Shown here piece after piece: positions 52,817 through 64,000 of a stretch of 64,000 nucleotides of DNA. Location: the NCBI RefSeq assembly GCF_011045215.1, contig NZ_CP049201.1; one strand, 5' to 3'. The DNA is from Escherichia coli. GTDB taxonomy: Bacteria > Pseudomonadota > Gammaproteobacteria > Enterobacterales > Enterobacteriaceae. Made by a program: the position numbers and the translations under genes. Position 1 is the stretch's first letter. Each line of letters begins with the position of its first letter. The notes beneath the pieces are model-generated. The model was not told where the DNA came from. It saw only the letters and a list, made by a program, of their open reading frames with translations, and made no database searches.

Positions 52817-53878
52817 TTATTTTTCGCTGGGCGTTTTGCCTTTTTGCAGCGTTTCTTTCACCTGACCGATAAGCTGACGACGGAAATCCCCGAGGCGAGG
52901 TTTGTCATCGTCAATCCACGGCAGCGGGCGGCAAAGCTCCATAGCTTTAATCCCCAGTCGTGCCGTCAGAAGTCCTGCACCAATCCCCTGAGCTGCGCGG
53001 GTAGACAAACGAGCAGCGAGATCTTGCGACATCCAGTCCATTCCCACTTCGCGCACCAATTCGCTGGCTCCGGCGAAAGCGATATTCAGCAATACCAGCT
53101 TGAACAGGCGCAAACGGCTGTAATATCCCAGTTCAATGCCATACAGCGTGGCGATGCGATTAATCAAACGCAGATTGCGCCAGGCGATAAATGCCATATC
53201 CACCAGCGCCAGCGGGCTGACCGCAATCATCAACGTTGATTCAGCTGCTGAGCGGCTGATTTCGCGCCGCGCCTGGGCATCTAAAACCGGCTGGACCAGA
53301 TGAGCATACAGGCTGACCACTTCACGATCGTTCTGCGTTTCATGGATTGAGGCATACCAGCGTTGCAGCGCTGGATGAGACTGATCAATACCCGCCTGCT
53401 GCGCCAGTTTTTCGCAAAATGCGCGGCCTTTGCCCGTGCCGTGGCTGTGCAACAAATCGCGCGCTTCGTCGCGTTCATGGGCGCGCTGTCGCAAGCGCCA
53501 TAAGCGCCGCCACTCTGTTACCACAGAACCTACGCCAGCGCCGATAATCAATGCCCCAGCGGCACATCCACCCAGCGCCACCCAGTCCTGAGTTTGCCAG
53601 GCATTCATTGTCCACTGTACACCCTGCCCGACAACGCTTGCGCCAAACAGAGCCAGCCCGCCCATCACCATTTTGCGCCACAGGCTGCGTTTCGGACGTA
53701 ACGCTGCGTCCATTACCGCTTCGACTTGCCCCTCTTCTTCCTGCGCTTCGTCGAGCGTGGCCGGGGCAAAATTTTGCGCCTGATTTTCGTCAAAGGTCTG
53801 CTGCGCCCTGAATTTTGGATTCTGTTCGACCTCCAGCGGACCGTCGAAATCAATACGTGGTTTTAACGGTTCGGTCAT
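52817..53878 (-). CDS. ycjF: UPF0283 membrane protein YcjF
   Basis: 353 aa; stop/start overlap with ycjX. Confidence 0.8.
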
Positions 53879-55269
53879 CGCAATTTATCTCCTATTAAAA
53901 ATTCCAGCGCGGCATCAAGACGAATATGCGGCAGCGGTTTGTCGACATCCATCACCTGCGGGCGAAACGCTTCAAACTGGAACCCTTGCTTGTCCCAGAA
54001 CGCCTGACCGGGCAAACGCGCAGGAACTTCACCGGGGTAAACGGTGAGAGGCGCACCATCGCTGAGCCGGTTACCGCGCAATGCCGGAATTTTCTCGCCG
54101 TTGACGTCAATAATGCCGCTGGTGGTCGCCTGCACCGAGGCCAGCCCCAGGCAATCCATACTAATCCCTTCAAACGCCGCATTTTGCCAGGCATCCTGAA
54201 TCAGTTGTTGCAGTAATGAAACCATATTGGCGTGCTGATCGACCGTTACATGGTCCGCTTTCGTCGCGGCAAACAGCAGTTTGTCGATAACCGGCGAGAA
54301 TAAGCGGCGAAACAGCGTGCGCTGCCCGTAGTGGAAACTTTGCATTAGCTGCGTCAGTGCCAGACGCATATCATTAAATGCCTGTGGCCCACTGTTGAGA
54401 GGTTGCAGGCAATCCACCAGCACAATCTGGCGGTCAAAGCGCAGAAAATGATTCTTATAGAACCCCTTCACCACTTTCTCGCAGTAATAATTAAACCGCT
54501 CGCGCAGCATTCCGGCATTGGTATGCTTATCGGCCTGCGCCAGTTTGGACTCACCCCAGGCATCGACATCCGGCCACGGGAAGAATTGCAGCGCGGGCGC
54601 ACCTGCCATATCTCCCGGCAAGACAAAGCGCCCAGGCTGAATAAAGTGCAGCCCCTGCTGTTTACAGTGGTGGAGATAATCGGTCCACGCGGCGGCAATG
54701 TCTGCCAGCCGGTTTTCGTCGGCAGGCGCTAGCGGGTCAAGTCCTTCGCACATCATTCGCCATTTCGCCGACCATTCGCCGCGCTGACCATTGAGTAAGC
54801 CCGTCATCTGGCGCGACCAGCTTAAGTAATCCTGCGCCAGCATCGGCAGGTCGAGCAACCATTCGCCGGGATAATCCACAATTTCCAGATACAGCGTGGA
54901 GGTATCCTTAAAGTGGCGCAGCAGCGAATCGTTCGATTTAAAACGTAACGCCAGGCGAATTTCACTGACGCCGCGCGTAGGCGTCGGCCAGGCGGGAGGA
55001 TCACCATATAACTGCGCCAGTCCTTCATCATAGGTGAAGCGCGGAATGCCAAAGTCACGCTGGGGAATGCGTTTTACGCCCAGCAGGCGCTCTTCACGCA
55101 CCGCACTTAACAGCGGCAAGCGTGCTCCGGCATGAATATTAAGCATCTGATTAACCATCGCGGTGATAAATGCTGTTTTGCCGCTGCGGCTAAGTCCGGT
55201 TACAGCGAGGCGCAGATGTCTGTCGACACCCCGATTCACCAGCGCATTAAGTTCATTTTTAAGTCGCTT
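53875..55269 (-). CDS. ycjX: P-loop NTPase YcjX
   Basis: Walker A GLSRSGKT; start at MKRLKN. Confidence 0.8.
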
Positions 55270-55426
55270 CATTGCTGTCCTGTGCTGCTCTGAAGACCAG
55301 AAAAAAATCATTCATAAGGATATGAATGTGGGGGCCAGGCCATTGATTATCAACTACCCGTGTTGTCATCGACGGGCGAACTCCATAAGATGTGCAGCAT
55401 TCACGTTCGGACGGAGTTCCTGACCT

Positions 55427-56425
55427 ATGTCCCCTACTATTTATGATATTGCCAGGGTTGCAGGCGTATCAAAATCCACCGTATCACGCGTGCTGAATAA
55501 GCAAACCAATATCTCCCCGGAAGCGCGCGAAAAAGTGTTACGGGCCATTGAAGAATTACAGTATCAACCAAACAAGCTGGCCCGCGCGCTGACCTCTTCG
55601 GGTTTTGATGCCATTATGGTGATTTCTACCCGTTCGACCAAAACTACGGCGGGTAATCCGTTTTTCTCTGAAGTTTTGCATGCCATCACCGCCAAAGCTG
55701 AAGAAGAAGGTTTCGACGTGATATTGCAGACGTCGCACACCCCGGCAGAAGACTTACAAAAATGTGAAAGCAAAATTAAGCAGAAAATGATTAAAGGCAT
55801 TATTATGCTAAGTTCGCCAGCGGATGAGTCATTTTTTGCCCAACTTGATAAATACGATATTCCTGTGGTGGTGATTGGCAAAGTTGAAGGTCAATATGCC
55901 CATGTTTATTCTGTCGATACCGATAATTTTGGTGACAGCATTGCGTTGACCGATGCGTTAATTGAAAGTGGACATCAAAATATTGCCTGTCTGCATGCAC
56001 CGCTTGATGTCCATGTTTCAGTGGATCGGGTAAATGGTTATAAGCAGAGTCTGGAAGATCATAATATTGCAGTGCGTGATGAATGGATTGTTGATGGCGG
56101 TTATACCCATGAAACAGCACTGCAAGCAGCACGGCAATTATTAAGTCAGTCACCGTTGCCTGAGGCAGTGTTTGCCACTGACAGCCTGAAATTAATGAGC
56201 ATTTATCGTGCGGCGGCAGAGAAAAACATTGCTATTCCGCAGCAGTTAGCGGTGGTGGGTTATAGCAATGAAACGCTGTCATTTATTTTAACGCCTGCAC
56301 CGGGCGGCATCGATGTTCCGACGCAGGAGTTAGGTCAACAAAGCTGTGAGTTATTATTCCGCTTAATTGCCGGAAAACCGTCACCACAAAATATTACCGT
56401 TGCCACGCATATGACGCTGAAATAA
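55427..56425 (+). CDS. ycjW: LacI-family transcriptional regulator YcjW
   Basis: N-terminal HTH ([18 protein letters not shown]) and periplasmic-binding-like fold. Confidence 0.8.
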   Translation: MSPTIYDIARVAGVSKSTVSRVLNKQTNISPEAREKVLRAIEELQYQPNKLARALTSSGFDAIMVISTRSTKTTAGNPFFSEVLHAITAKAEEEGFDVILQTSHTPAEDLQKCESKIKQKMIKGIIMLSSPADESFFAQLDKYDIPVVVIGKVEGQYAHVYSVDTDNFGDSIALTDALIESGHQNIACLHAPLDVHVSVDRVNGYKQSLEDHNIAVRDEWIVDGGYTHETALQAARQLLSQSPLPEAVFATDSLKLMSIYRAAAEKNIAIPQQLAVVGYSNETLSFILTPAPGGIDVPTQELGQQSCELLFRLIAGKPSPQNITVATHMTLK

Positions 56426-56439
56426 ATACCAGCGACCTT

Positions 56440-56525
56440 GCCTGAATGCCGGATGCGATGCTGGCGCATCTTATCCGGCCTACATTTATAGATCGGATAA
56501 AGTACTCGCGCCGCATCCGGCAATT
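56440..56525. repeat. REP-like palindromic units
   Basis: gccggatgcg...cgcatccggc motifs between ycjW and ompG. Confidence 0.45.
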
Positions 56526-56535
56526 TAGCCCATTA

Positions 56536-57441
56536 TCAGAACGAGTAATTTACGCCGACACCTGCATAATGGAATTTATCGCTGCCGCCTTCGTCGTGAT
56601 CCTGCCACTCAAACGCGTATTCCAGCGAAATGGAAAGACCATTCTGGAAATCATAACCGTAAAATAAACCAACACGGTTAAAATCATGGCCTTCACGTTC
56701 AATATCATCCTGCCAGTCCCAGTTACTCCAGCGATCCAGCCCAATGCGCGTATACGGCGTCACCGAGTGGTTGCCGAGCGTCAGCGGCAAATAGGCGCGA
56801 ATTTCTTGCGTGGAAAACTCACCGTTATTGCGGCTGTCGTCCATATTGAAGCCGCGCTCGAGATAATAGTTCACTCGCAAAGCAACCGTTTCGTTGAAGG
56901 TATATTGCAGACCTGTTTCCGTTTCGACACGGGTATCAGCGTAACCGGTCGTGTTCAAATCGTTGGCAAATTTATACATCGACAACCAACCGTTGAAACG
57001 TAGATCGTCAGTCAGTTTCACATCCCAGTCTGGCGCGATTTTCCAGCGCTGCATATTCGCCGTGTCTTTACCCGGTTCATCAACGTAGTGATAACCATAA
57101 TTACGGAAACCGCCGGTCAGACCGAAACTGAAATCATCGCTTTCGAGGAACTGATAATGCACCTCCAGCTCCGGGCGATCAAACCACGTTCCACGTTTAC
57201 CCGCGCTATAATCTACCGGCCCTTCCTGATAATAGGCCAGAGAAATTCTCCACGGCCCGTTGGCGGCATTAAAATAGACAGAAGGCTCCGCCAGCCCATC
57301 CATATCTTCGCCATAACCCTCGACGTTTTCTATTTCGTACATCGCGCCGATATTAAAGTGCCAGTCGTTCTTTTCCTCGGCCTGTGCGCAGGCCATTCCC
57401 GCACACATCACCAGTGCGGTACAGGGTAATAACTTTTTCAT
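56536..57441 (-). CDS. ompG: outer membrane porin OmpG
   Basis: Signal peptide, beta-barrel pattern, C-terminal F; 301 aa. Confidence 0.9.
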   Translation of the reverse strand: MKKLLPCTALVMCAGMACAQAEEKNDWHFNIGAMYEIENVEGYGEDMDGLAEPSVYFNAANGPWRISLAYYQEGPVDYSAGKRGTWFDRPELEVHYQFLESDDFSFGLTGGFRNYGYHYVDEPGKDTANMQRWKIAPDWDVKLTDDLRFNGWLSMYKFANDLNTTGYADTRVETETGLQYTFNETVALRVNYYLERGFNMDDSRNNGEFSTQEIRAYLPLTLGNHSVTPYTRIGLDRWSNWDWQDDIEREGHDFNRVGLFYGYDFQNGLSISLEYAFEWQDHDEGGSDKFHYAGVGVNYSF

Positions 57442-57485
57442 TATTGTTCCTTGTATTATCCTGAGGGAATGCCTTCCCCCTGTAT

Positions 57486-58568
57486 TTAGCGAATTGCTAT
57501 TTCCGTTTCTGCATCAAAGAAATGACATTTCGTCATATCAAAATGAATAGTGATATTTTCTCCTGCATGATAATCATTTAACGCACCAGCACGGACCACT
57601 AACTCGTGCCCCCCAACCGTGGTGTAGAGCATAAATTCCGCACCGGTTAATTCTGCCACGCTAATTTTGGCGGAAATGTTATTTTCCTCTTGCGCGTCCG
57701 GATGAATATCTTCCGGGCGTATTCCCATCACGATGGGCTTATGCAAACTTTCCTGTGTTTTCAGAACCGCTAATTTCTCTTCGGGAATGGTTAATTTAAG
57801 CGTTTCCGTAACGAATTTATCGCCATCGATCGTGCCGCGAATAAAATTCATCGCTGGTGATCCAATAAATCCGGCAACAAACATATTCGCGGGTTGGTTA
57901 TAAACGGTTTTCGGCGCACCTACTTGCTGAACAATCCCGTCTTTCATAATCACAATCCGCGTCGCCATGGTCATCGCTTCGGTCTGATCGTGGGTCACGT
58001 AGATCATGGTGGTGTTCAGTTTCTGATGCAGCTTGCTGATCTCTGCGCGCATTTGTACGCGCAGCTTGGCATCAAGGTTAGAGAGCGGTTCATCCATTAA
58101 AAACACGCCCGCATCGCGCACAATCGCCCGCCCGAGCGCCACACGCTGGCGTTGCCCGCCGGAAAGCGCGCCCGGCTTGCGTTTCAGGTACTCACGCAGG
58201 CCGAGAATTTGCGCCGCCCAGTTCACCCGCTCATCAATCACCTCTTTGGCGATTTTTTGCATCTTCAGGCCAAACGCCATGTTGTCGTAAACCGTCATAT
58301 GCGGATACAACGCGTAGTTCTGGAACACCATTGCGATATTGCGTGCTTTGGCTGGAACGTCATTCATTCGTTTGCCGTCGATCAACAGATCGCCGCCGCT
58401 GATCTCCTCAAGCCCGGCAATCATGCGCAGGGTGGTCGATTTACCGCAGCCCGACGGGCCGACAAATACGATGAACTCTTTATCGGCAATTTCCAGGTTG
58501 AAGTCCTTCACCACATGCACCTGGTTATCGTAGATTTTTTGAATATGTTGTAACGAAAGCTGAGCCAT
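57486..58568 (-). CDS. ycjV: ABC transporter ATP-binding protein YcjV (intact 360 aa reading frame)
   Basis: Walker [10 protein letters not shown], signature LSGGQRQR, Walker B LMDEPLS, MalK-like C-terminal domain. Confidence 0.8.
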   Translation of the reverse strand: MAQLSLQHIQKIYDNQVHVVKDFNLEIADKEFIVFVGPSGCGKSTTLRMIAGLEEISGGDLLIDGKRMNDVPAKARNIAMVFQNYALYPHMTVYDNMAFGLKMQKIAKEVIDERVNWAAQILGLREYLKRKPGALSGGQRQRVALGRAIVRDAGVFLMDEPLSNLDAKLRVQMRAEISKLHQKLNTTMIYVTHDQTEAMTMATRIVIMKDGIVQQVGAPKTVYNQPANMFVAGFIGSPAMNFIRGTIDGDKFVTETLKLTIPEEKLAVLKTQESLHKPIVMGIRPEDIHPDAQEENNISAKISVAELTGAEFMLYTTVGGHELVVRAGALNDYHAGENITIHFDMTKCHFFDAETEIAIR

Positions 58569-58581
58569 GTTGATTCCTTTG

Positions 58582-59241
58582 CTATACGTTTTGCCAGAAG
58601 GCCGATAACCGCGACCAGGTCAGGGAGTCCGTTGAAGGCAACAGTAATTGCGCCCCGGTTAAGCCCGCGCCGATCCCCACCGAGCGCATACCGCTGGCGT
58701 TAATGGCGTCAATGCCCGCCTGCGCATCTTCAATGCCGATACATGCCTGCGGCGGCACGCCCAGCCCGGCACAGGCAGCGAGAAAGATTTCCGGATCCGG
58801 TTTCGAGTTTTTAAGTTGGGAAGCATCCGCGCAGAAGGTGAAAAACTCGCGTAGCTCCAGCGCCGCTAAAATCGTCGGCGCATTCAGGGAGACAGAAGCC
58901 AGCCCTACCGGGATCTGCTGTGCGCGGAGATCTGCCAGCAAAGGCCGGATCCCCGGCAGAACGGCATTAACCGTCAGTTCGCGCAGTGAGTGGACGTAGA
59001 GCAGATTTTTGCGATACGCCAGTTGCGCCCGCTCCTGCGAGTTAAAGTCGCCCTCTTTGCCCCCGTATTGCAGAATGCGCCGCAGAGACTCATCGCGGCT
59101 AATCCCTTTTAGGGATTCGTTAAACTGCGCATCAATGCTGATGCCAATTTCAGCGGCAATCTGCTGCCACGCCTGGAAATGCAGATGCGCGGTATCGGTG
59201 ATTACACCATCCAGATCGAAAATTACCCCTTGCAGTTTCAT
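58582..59241 (-). CDS. ycjU: beta-phosphoglucomutase YcjU
   Basis: HAD motif DLDGVITDT near N-terminus. Confidence 0.85.
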   Translation of the reverse strand: MKLQGVIFDLDGVITDTAHLHFQAWQQIAAEIGISIDAQFNESLKGISRDESLRRILQYGGKEGDFNSQERAQLAYRKNLLYVHSLRELTVNAVLPGIRPLLADLRAQQIPVGLASVSLNAPTILAALELREFFTFCADASQLKNSKPDPEIFLAACAGLGVPPQACIGIEDAQAGIDAINASGMRSVGIGAGLTGAQLLLPSTDSLTWSRLSAFWQNV

Positions 59242-61505
59242 TCATCCTCCTGATGTGTGGTAGCGGTCCCATTGAAGGGCAAAATAAAATCACCCAAACA
59301 GAAAACAGATTCTTCAGCCACGGATATAAGCTGCCCGTTCAAACGCAGTGAAACGGGCGCAGAAGTTCGAATCGCAATACGCTGCGCGTCGAGCGTGACC
59401 TGTAATTCGCAGCCCTGCCAGAACAGAGGGAAAGACAACTGTTGCCACTGCTCAGGTAACGCCGGATTGAGATGCAATTCACCGTCACGCACGCTCACCC
59501 CGGCAAAACCCTGAATCGCCCCCAGCCAGATAGCGCCAGTTGCGGCAGCATGGATACCATCATCACAACTATGCGGATCAGCACCAAGATCGATTTCAGT
59601 CCCCTCGCGCCAGAACTGATAACTTTGGGTCAGCAGGCCACAGCGTGCGGCAACAATGCCGTGGATTGCTTTACTCAGTGAAGAGTCGTGAATGGTGCGC
59701 GGTTCATAAAATTGCAGATTGGCAAGACACGATGCCGCTGAGAACTGCTCCGGCAGCATGTAATTGAGCATCACCACATCAGCTTGTTTGAGGATTTGCA
59801 TCTCGTTCACTTCTGCGCGTGAATAATCCAGCAGAATGGTTTGCTTCCCCGCCGCCGCTTTGTATTTCGCCAGATTAATCGCCGGCTTAGCCATAAGCGA
59901 ATCATCCTGCGGCAAAACGCCGTCGGGCTGAATTTCTGGCAGCCGCAGTTCTTTAAGGAACATTTCGGCGCGATGGATAAACGCATCGTCGCTACAGCCA
60001 AACTGGCGGGCAATACTCAGCGCCTGCTGGACGTTGTAATACGCCATATAGCTGGTGAAGGCGTTATTATTGACATGTTCGGTATATTCGTCAGGCCCAA
60101 TAACATCATGAATTTCCAGACGGTCGTTAACCCTCACCGCGCGGCTAATCCAGAACTTTGCAGTTTCCAGAAGTAGCGCCATGCCTTCATGCGCAATGAA
60201 ACTTTCATCCCCCGTGGTCTGCCAGTATTGAATAACCGCCCAGGCGATATCGGCCACCAGATGATGTTCCGCCTGCGCCGAGGCCACTTTTTGCCGCAGC
60301 CCGGTGCGAATGTTAATGGCGGCAAATTCCGGCGTCTCTTCTTCGCCGCTGCGCGCGCTTTCCCACGGAAATAGCGCGCCCTGCCAGCCGTTGCGTCGCG
60401 CTTTCTCCTGCGCGCCTGGCAAGTTGTGCCAGCGATAACGCAGTAAACTTCGGGCAACCGTCGGATCGCTAAACAGATGAAACGGTAACAAAAATACTTC
60501 TGTATCCCAGAAAACGTGGCCTTTGTAGCCTTCGCCGGTTAAGCCTTTTGCCGCAATGCTGCTGCGCTCGTCGTGGGCAGGCGTCATGATGCGCAGATGA
60601 TAAAGCGCATAATCTAACGCTTGCTGATCGTGCGCTTCGCCGCCATTTACCGTGATACGACGTTTCTGCCACCATTGACGCCAGTTTTCTGTTGATACTG
60701 CAAGAAGTTGGTCGTAACTCTGCTGCGCGCACATTTCAAGCTGGCGAAGCGACGCGCTGCCCCACTCGTCTAAAACGGCTTGCCTGTCATCCCGCCAGTC
60801 GATCCACACCAGTTTTTGCAACGTCACTGTCTCGCCTGCATGAAGCTGCGCACTGGTATGTTGCTGCAAACGGCGCTCTTTGGCGGTATAGCATTGCTGC
60901 ACATCACCGCTCACCATACAGCAACAGCTGATGGCCACATCACTGCGTCCATCCTGGGTGGTGTAGATCCCCTGCATCAGATGCTGACCAAACACCCGCA
61001 CCTGGGTTTCGTCGAGATGTTGGCGACCGTGGTTGGTTTGCGTGGCGTCGATACCTGTTGAAATCAGCACTGACGCGTCGGCGTCCAGTGGCGTAATAGT
61101 GATTTCCAGCGCAATGAGCGGCAGTTGGTCTGCCGACACAAAGCGACGGCTGGCGATGGTGTAACCTGCGCCGTTGCTGGTACGCCAGACAACGTTGCGG
61201 CGTAATTCGCCACTGGCAAAGTCAAGCTCACGCTGCCAGGCTTCGTGGGATAACGAGAAAACCTCACCATTTATGGCAATCTCCATCCCCAAGATATCAG
61301 GCAGGTTCACCAGTTCGTTGATTTCACCTTTTCCCGCCCGATGATACAGCCCCGCCAGATACATCCCTCGCGTCTGGCGCGTGTAATCTTCTTCATGGCT
61401 GGCGCGAAGCCCAAGATAGCCGTTCCCCTGCGCCATCAGCGATGCATACTTGTTCAGGGTATGCTGGCTGAAATGGGGTTCTGATAACGTTACTGGCCTG
61501 GTCAT
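59238..61505 (-). CDS. ycjT: GH65 disaccharide (kojibiose) phosphorylase YcjT
   Basis: 755 aa; GH65 family size and operon context. Confidence 0.8.
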   Translation of the reverse strand: MTRPVTLSEPHFSQHTLNKYASLMAQGNGYLGLRASHEEDYTRQTRGMYLAGLYHRAGKGEINELVNLPDILGMEIAINGEVFSLSHEAWQRELDFASGELRRNVVWRTSNGAGYTIASRRFVSADQLPLIALEITITPLDADASVLISTGIDATQTNHGRQHLDETQVRVFGQHLMQGIYTTQDGRSDVAISCCCMVSGDVQQCYTAKERRLQQHTSAQLHAGETVTLQKLVWIDWRDDRQAVLDEWGSASLRQLEMCAQQSYDQLLAVSTENWRQWWQKRRITVNGGEAHDQQALDYALYHLRIMTPAHDERSSIAAKGLTGEGYKGHVFWDTEVFLLPFHLFSDPTVARSLLRYRWHNLPGAQEKARRNGWQGALFPWESARSGEEETPEFAAINIRTGLRQKVASAQAEHHLVADIAWAVIQYWQTTGDESFIAHEGMALLLETAKFWISRAVRVNDRLEIHDVIGPDEYTEHVNNNAFTSYMAYYNVQQALSIARQFGCSDDAFIHRAEMFLKELRLPEIQPDGVLPQDDSLMAKPAINLAKYKAAAGKQTILLDYSRAEVNEMQILKQADVVMLNYMLPEQFSAASCLANLQFYEPRTIHDSSLSKAIHGIVAARCGLLTQSYQFWREGTEIDLGADPHSCDDGIHAAATGAIWLGAIQGFAGVSVRDGELHLNPALPEQWQQLSFPLFWQGCELQVTLDAQRIAIRTSAPVSLRLNGQLISVAEESVFCLGDFILPFNGTATTHQEDE

Positions 61506-62557
61506 AATTCCACACGCGTCCCTGTTTCTGCGGATTGATAAAACGCCGCCACCAGTTGCTGGATGATGTACCCCTGCTCGGCGTCGGCTATCATCACGGG
61601 CTTGCCCTGTACGTGATTGATAAAGGCTTCCATGCTGCGCAAATGGCGGTTGTCGTCTGCCATTTCCCGTTGCATCAGCGTCATTAATTCACCGTTGTTA
61701 TCGGTGTAGATATGTGCTGGAAACAGCGTCGCACCGGCTTTATCACCACAAAAGCTGACGTTCATAATCGACTGTTCGCGGATGTTGAGCGCAAATGACG
61801 TTTCCAGCCACAGAATGCCGCCGTTATGAAATTCAATGGTGCCAAACAGCGAATCTTCGACGCTGTAAGTTGCCGGATCCCACTCGCCAAACTGACCGCA
61901 GCTCTTTTGCGGGCCGATCTTTTGAAAGCTATGCGCATTCACGCTTTTCACCGCCGGAAAGCCCAGCACATACATCGCCGCATCCAGCATATGAATACCG
62001 ATGTCGATCAGCGGGCCACCGCCCTGCAGTTCTTTATTGGTAAAGACACCCCAGCCGGGAACGCCGCAGCGACGCAGGGCGCGGGCGGTGGTAACGTAAA
62101 TCTCTCCCAAAACGCCGTTGGTCACCTGTTCACGCAGCTGTTGCGTATCGAGCGCAAAACGATGGTGAAAGTCGTAGGCCAGCACCTTGCCCTGTTTGCG
62201 CGCGGTATCGCACATTTCCCGCGCCTGTTCTGGCGTCATGGCGGGCGGTTTTTCGCACATCACATGGCAGCCCGCTTCCAGCGCCATCAGGGTATGTTCG
62301 TAATGAAAACGGTTAGGTGAGCAGACGCTAACCACATCAGGTTTCACCGCCAGCAGCATGGCCTGCGGATCGTCCCACACGGATGCATTCCCGTATTTTT
62401 CTGCCAGCGCCTGCGCCTGGGAAAGGCGGCTGTCACAGACAGCCACCAGTTCCAGATCGTTGCGGGTGCAGTAGTACGAAGCATGAACCTTATCCGCCAC
62501 CTGGCCTGCGCCTATTATCGCGACCCGCAGTGGAGAGCTTGTCATTGCACTTTTCAC
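61502..62557 (-). CDS. ycjS: Gfo/Idh/MocA-family oxidoreductase YcjS
   Basis: N-terminal Rossmann (VAIIGAGQVA). Confidence 0.8.
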   Translation of the reverse strand: MKSAMTSSPLRVAIIGAGQVADKVHASYYCTRNDLELVAVCDSRLSQAQALAEKYGNASVWDDPQAMLLAVKPDVVSVCSPNRFHYEHTLMALEAGCHVMCEKPPAMTPEQAREMCDTARKQGKVLAYDFHHRFALDTQQLREQVTNGVLGEIYVTTARALRRCGVPGWGVFTNKELQGGGPLIDIGIHMLDAAMYVLGFPAVKSVNAHSFQKIGPQKSCGQFGEWDPATYSVEDSLFGTIEFHNGGILWLETSFALNIREQSIMNVSFCGDKAGATLFPAHIYTDNNGELMTLMQREMADDNRHLRSMEAFINHVQGKPVMIADAEQGYIIQQLVAAFYQSAETGTRVEL

Positions 62558-62566
62558 AAAGACCTC

Positions 62567-63355
62567 TTAGCAGGTACGCAACCAGGTCAACGAATCACGG
62601 TACGCCTGGGCAGGATCTTCTGCCCGGATACGCCCTTCATACACCACATAACCCTGATAGTTATCGGCGCGCAGCTGTTCAAACAGCGCGTGGAAATCGA
62701 GGGTGCCGCTGCCCGGCTGGTAACGATGGTTATCGGCAATATGCACATGACCGAGCAAGTCGCGGTTGTCATGCAGCGCCTGCGCCAGGTTATCTTCTTC
62801 GATGTTCATGTGATAGAAATCGCCGATAATCTGCACATGTTTAAGATTGTTTTCGACGATGTAACGACGAGCATCGGCGAGGGTGTTGATCATATGATCC
62901 TGATAGCGGTTTAACGGTTCGAGATACACCACGGTTCCGGTACGCGCGGCGACCTGTTCCAGTACGCGCAGGGAATCACTCACCATTTTGCGGTCGCCGT
63001 CCAGGCTACGCGGCGAGGTCATCGGCGGTAAGCGGAAGGTAAACATGCCCCATGCTGCCGGAACGACGATACCTTTACCCCCCACTTCTGCCAGCGCTTC
63101 GAGAATGCGTTCGATCTGCTTTAAGCCATTAAGACGACGCTCTTCGATAAAGTCACCAATCCAGCCGTCATAGCCGCCGCAGGCGGTGGTCACCGGTAAA
63201 CCGGTTTCTTTGATCGCCGCTTTGACTTCTTCGATGTTGTTGACCAGCAGTTTGCCGTCAATCTCAAAACCATCGAAGCCCATCTCTTTGATATAACGAA
63301 ATTTCTCCAGAATATTTTCCGGAAAGAATGCCTGATTCTGTGTGCCTATTTTCAT
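62567..63355 (-). CDS. ycjR: sugar phosphate isomerase/epimerase (TIM barrel) YcjR
   Basis: 262 aa from MKIGTQNQAF; track ORF is N-terminally over-extended. Confidence 0.8.
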   Translation of the reverse strand: MKIGTQNQAFFPENILEKFRYIKEMGFDGFEIDGKLLVNNIEEVKAAIKETGLPVTTACGGYDGWIGDFIEERRLNGLKQIERILEALAEVGGKGIVVPAAWGMFTFRLPPMTSPRSLDGDRKMVSDSLRVLEQVAARTGTVVYLEPLNRYQDHMINTLADARRYIVENNLKHVQIIGDFYHMNIEEDNLAQALHDNRDLLGHVHIADNHRYQPGSGTLDFHALFEQLRADNYQGYVVYEGRIRAEDPAQAYRDSLTWLRTC

Positions 63356-63372
63356 TTTTTCATTCCTTTGAA

Positions 63373-64000
63373 TTAAAACGTAACGCCCATTTTGATGCTC
63401 TGTTCCGGATGCTGATCGACATACTGCATGTAGCTTTCCGGGCTGTTGGCAAAGGTCACTACCGGGTCGATTAAATCTTCGCAATTGAGATAACCGTTCA
63501 TCAGCAGTTTCCAGCAGGTTTCTTCAATACGCTTACGGCTCCAGCGCGGATAATCCGGGTTCGGTTCGCTGCACGCGCGGGAGAAAACAATTTTGGCGTT
63601 ATTGAAATGCGCTTCGCGTCCGAGGTTAAAACCTTCAGCAAATGGTTTGGCAAACGCGACATAGGAGATGGTGCCGCCGTAGGCCAGACCGCGCAGTGCC
63701 GACTGCAGCGCGTCGGCGTAACCGCTGGTTTCGATAATCACATCGGCACCCTGCTTGCCGGTCAGCGTTTTGATCTCTTTGCCTACGTCAGTGCCAATGG
63801 GATTAAGGCAGAAATCCGCACCGTGACGACGAGCAATATCACAACGATGGGCAATAGGATCGACGCCAATTACCACCGACGCGCCAGCGCGTTTAGCCAG
63901 TTGGATGGCAATTTGACCGATCGCGCCAAGCCCTACCACCACTACAAAATCCCCTACGCGTACGTTGGCATCGCGAACGCCACTCATGGCGAACTGCGCC
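63373..64000 (-). CDS. ycjQ: zinc-type alcohol dehydrogenase-like YcjQ, C-terminal part (5' end beyond window)
   Basis: Rossmann GxGxxG (VVGLGAIG) of an MDR dehydrogenase; reading frame runs off the window end. Confidence 0.75.
   Translation of the reverse strand, partial: AQFAMSGVRDANVRVGDFVVVVGLGAIGQIAIQLAKRAGASVVIGVDPIAHRCDIARRHGADFCLNPIGTDVGKEIKTLTGKQGADVIIETSGYADALQSALRGLAYGGTISYVAFAKPFAEGFNLGREAHFNNAKIVFSRACSEPNPDYPRWSRKRIEETCWKLLMNGYLNCEDLIDPVVTFANSPESYMQYVDQHPEQSIKMGVTF

Overview
The window has two parts. Positions 1-28640 are the right arm of a Rac-family lambdoid prophage (partial; tail genes and attL lie beyond the left edge), and 28641-64000 is conserved E. coli chromosome. All calls were made by reading the translations and sequence by eye; no database search was run, and product names rest on recalled family signatures and Rac/lambda synteny.

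Prophage, by coordinate (minus strand unless noted): head genes, terminase small and large subunits, a ParB-like nuclease-domain gene coupled to a GT-A-like gene, a lysis cassette, tRNA-Gly(UCC) and tRNA-Thr(UGU), a Q-like late antiterminator, a nin-like block of small genes that includes a hok/relF-like type I toxin missed by the ORF track, DnaC-like and O-like replication genes, and a RacR / YdaS / YdaT-like immunity region. A plus-strand early-left operon follows: kilR, ydaE, racC, a RecE N-terminal homolog lacking its nuclease domain, lambda-like gam-bet-exo, ralR, xis and int.

Host genes, in order: ttcA, dbpA, FnrS sRNA, zntB, dgcM, smrA, McaS sRNA, abgR-abgABT, ogt, fnr, uspE, ynaJ, ynaI, mppA, pgrR, ycjY, an ymjC-like remnant, mpaA, ycjG, tpx, tyrR, ycjF, ycjX, ycjW, ompG and ycjVUTSRQ (ycjQ truncated by the window end).

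I could not identify one clearly novel system with certainty. The strongest candidates are the ParB-like + GT-A-like pair upstream of terminase, the recE'-gam-bet-exo mosaic junction, a convergent two-gene insertion between ydaT and the replication genes, and the structured non-coding tRNA island between Q and the holin. No CRISPR array or IS element was seen.
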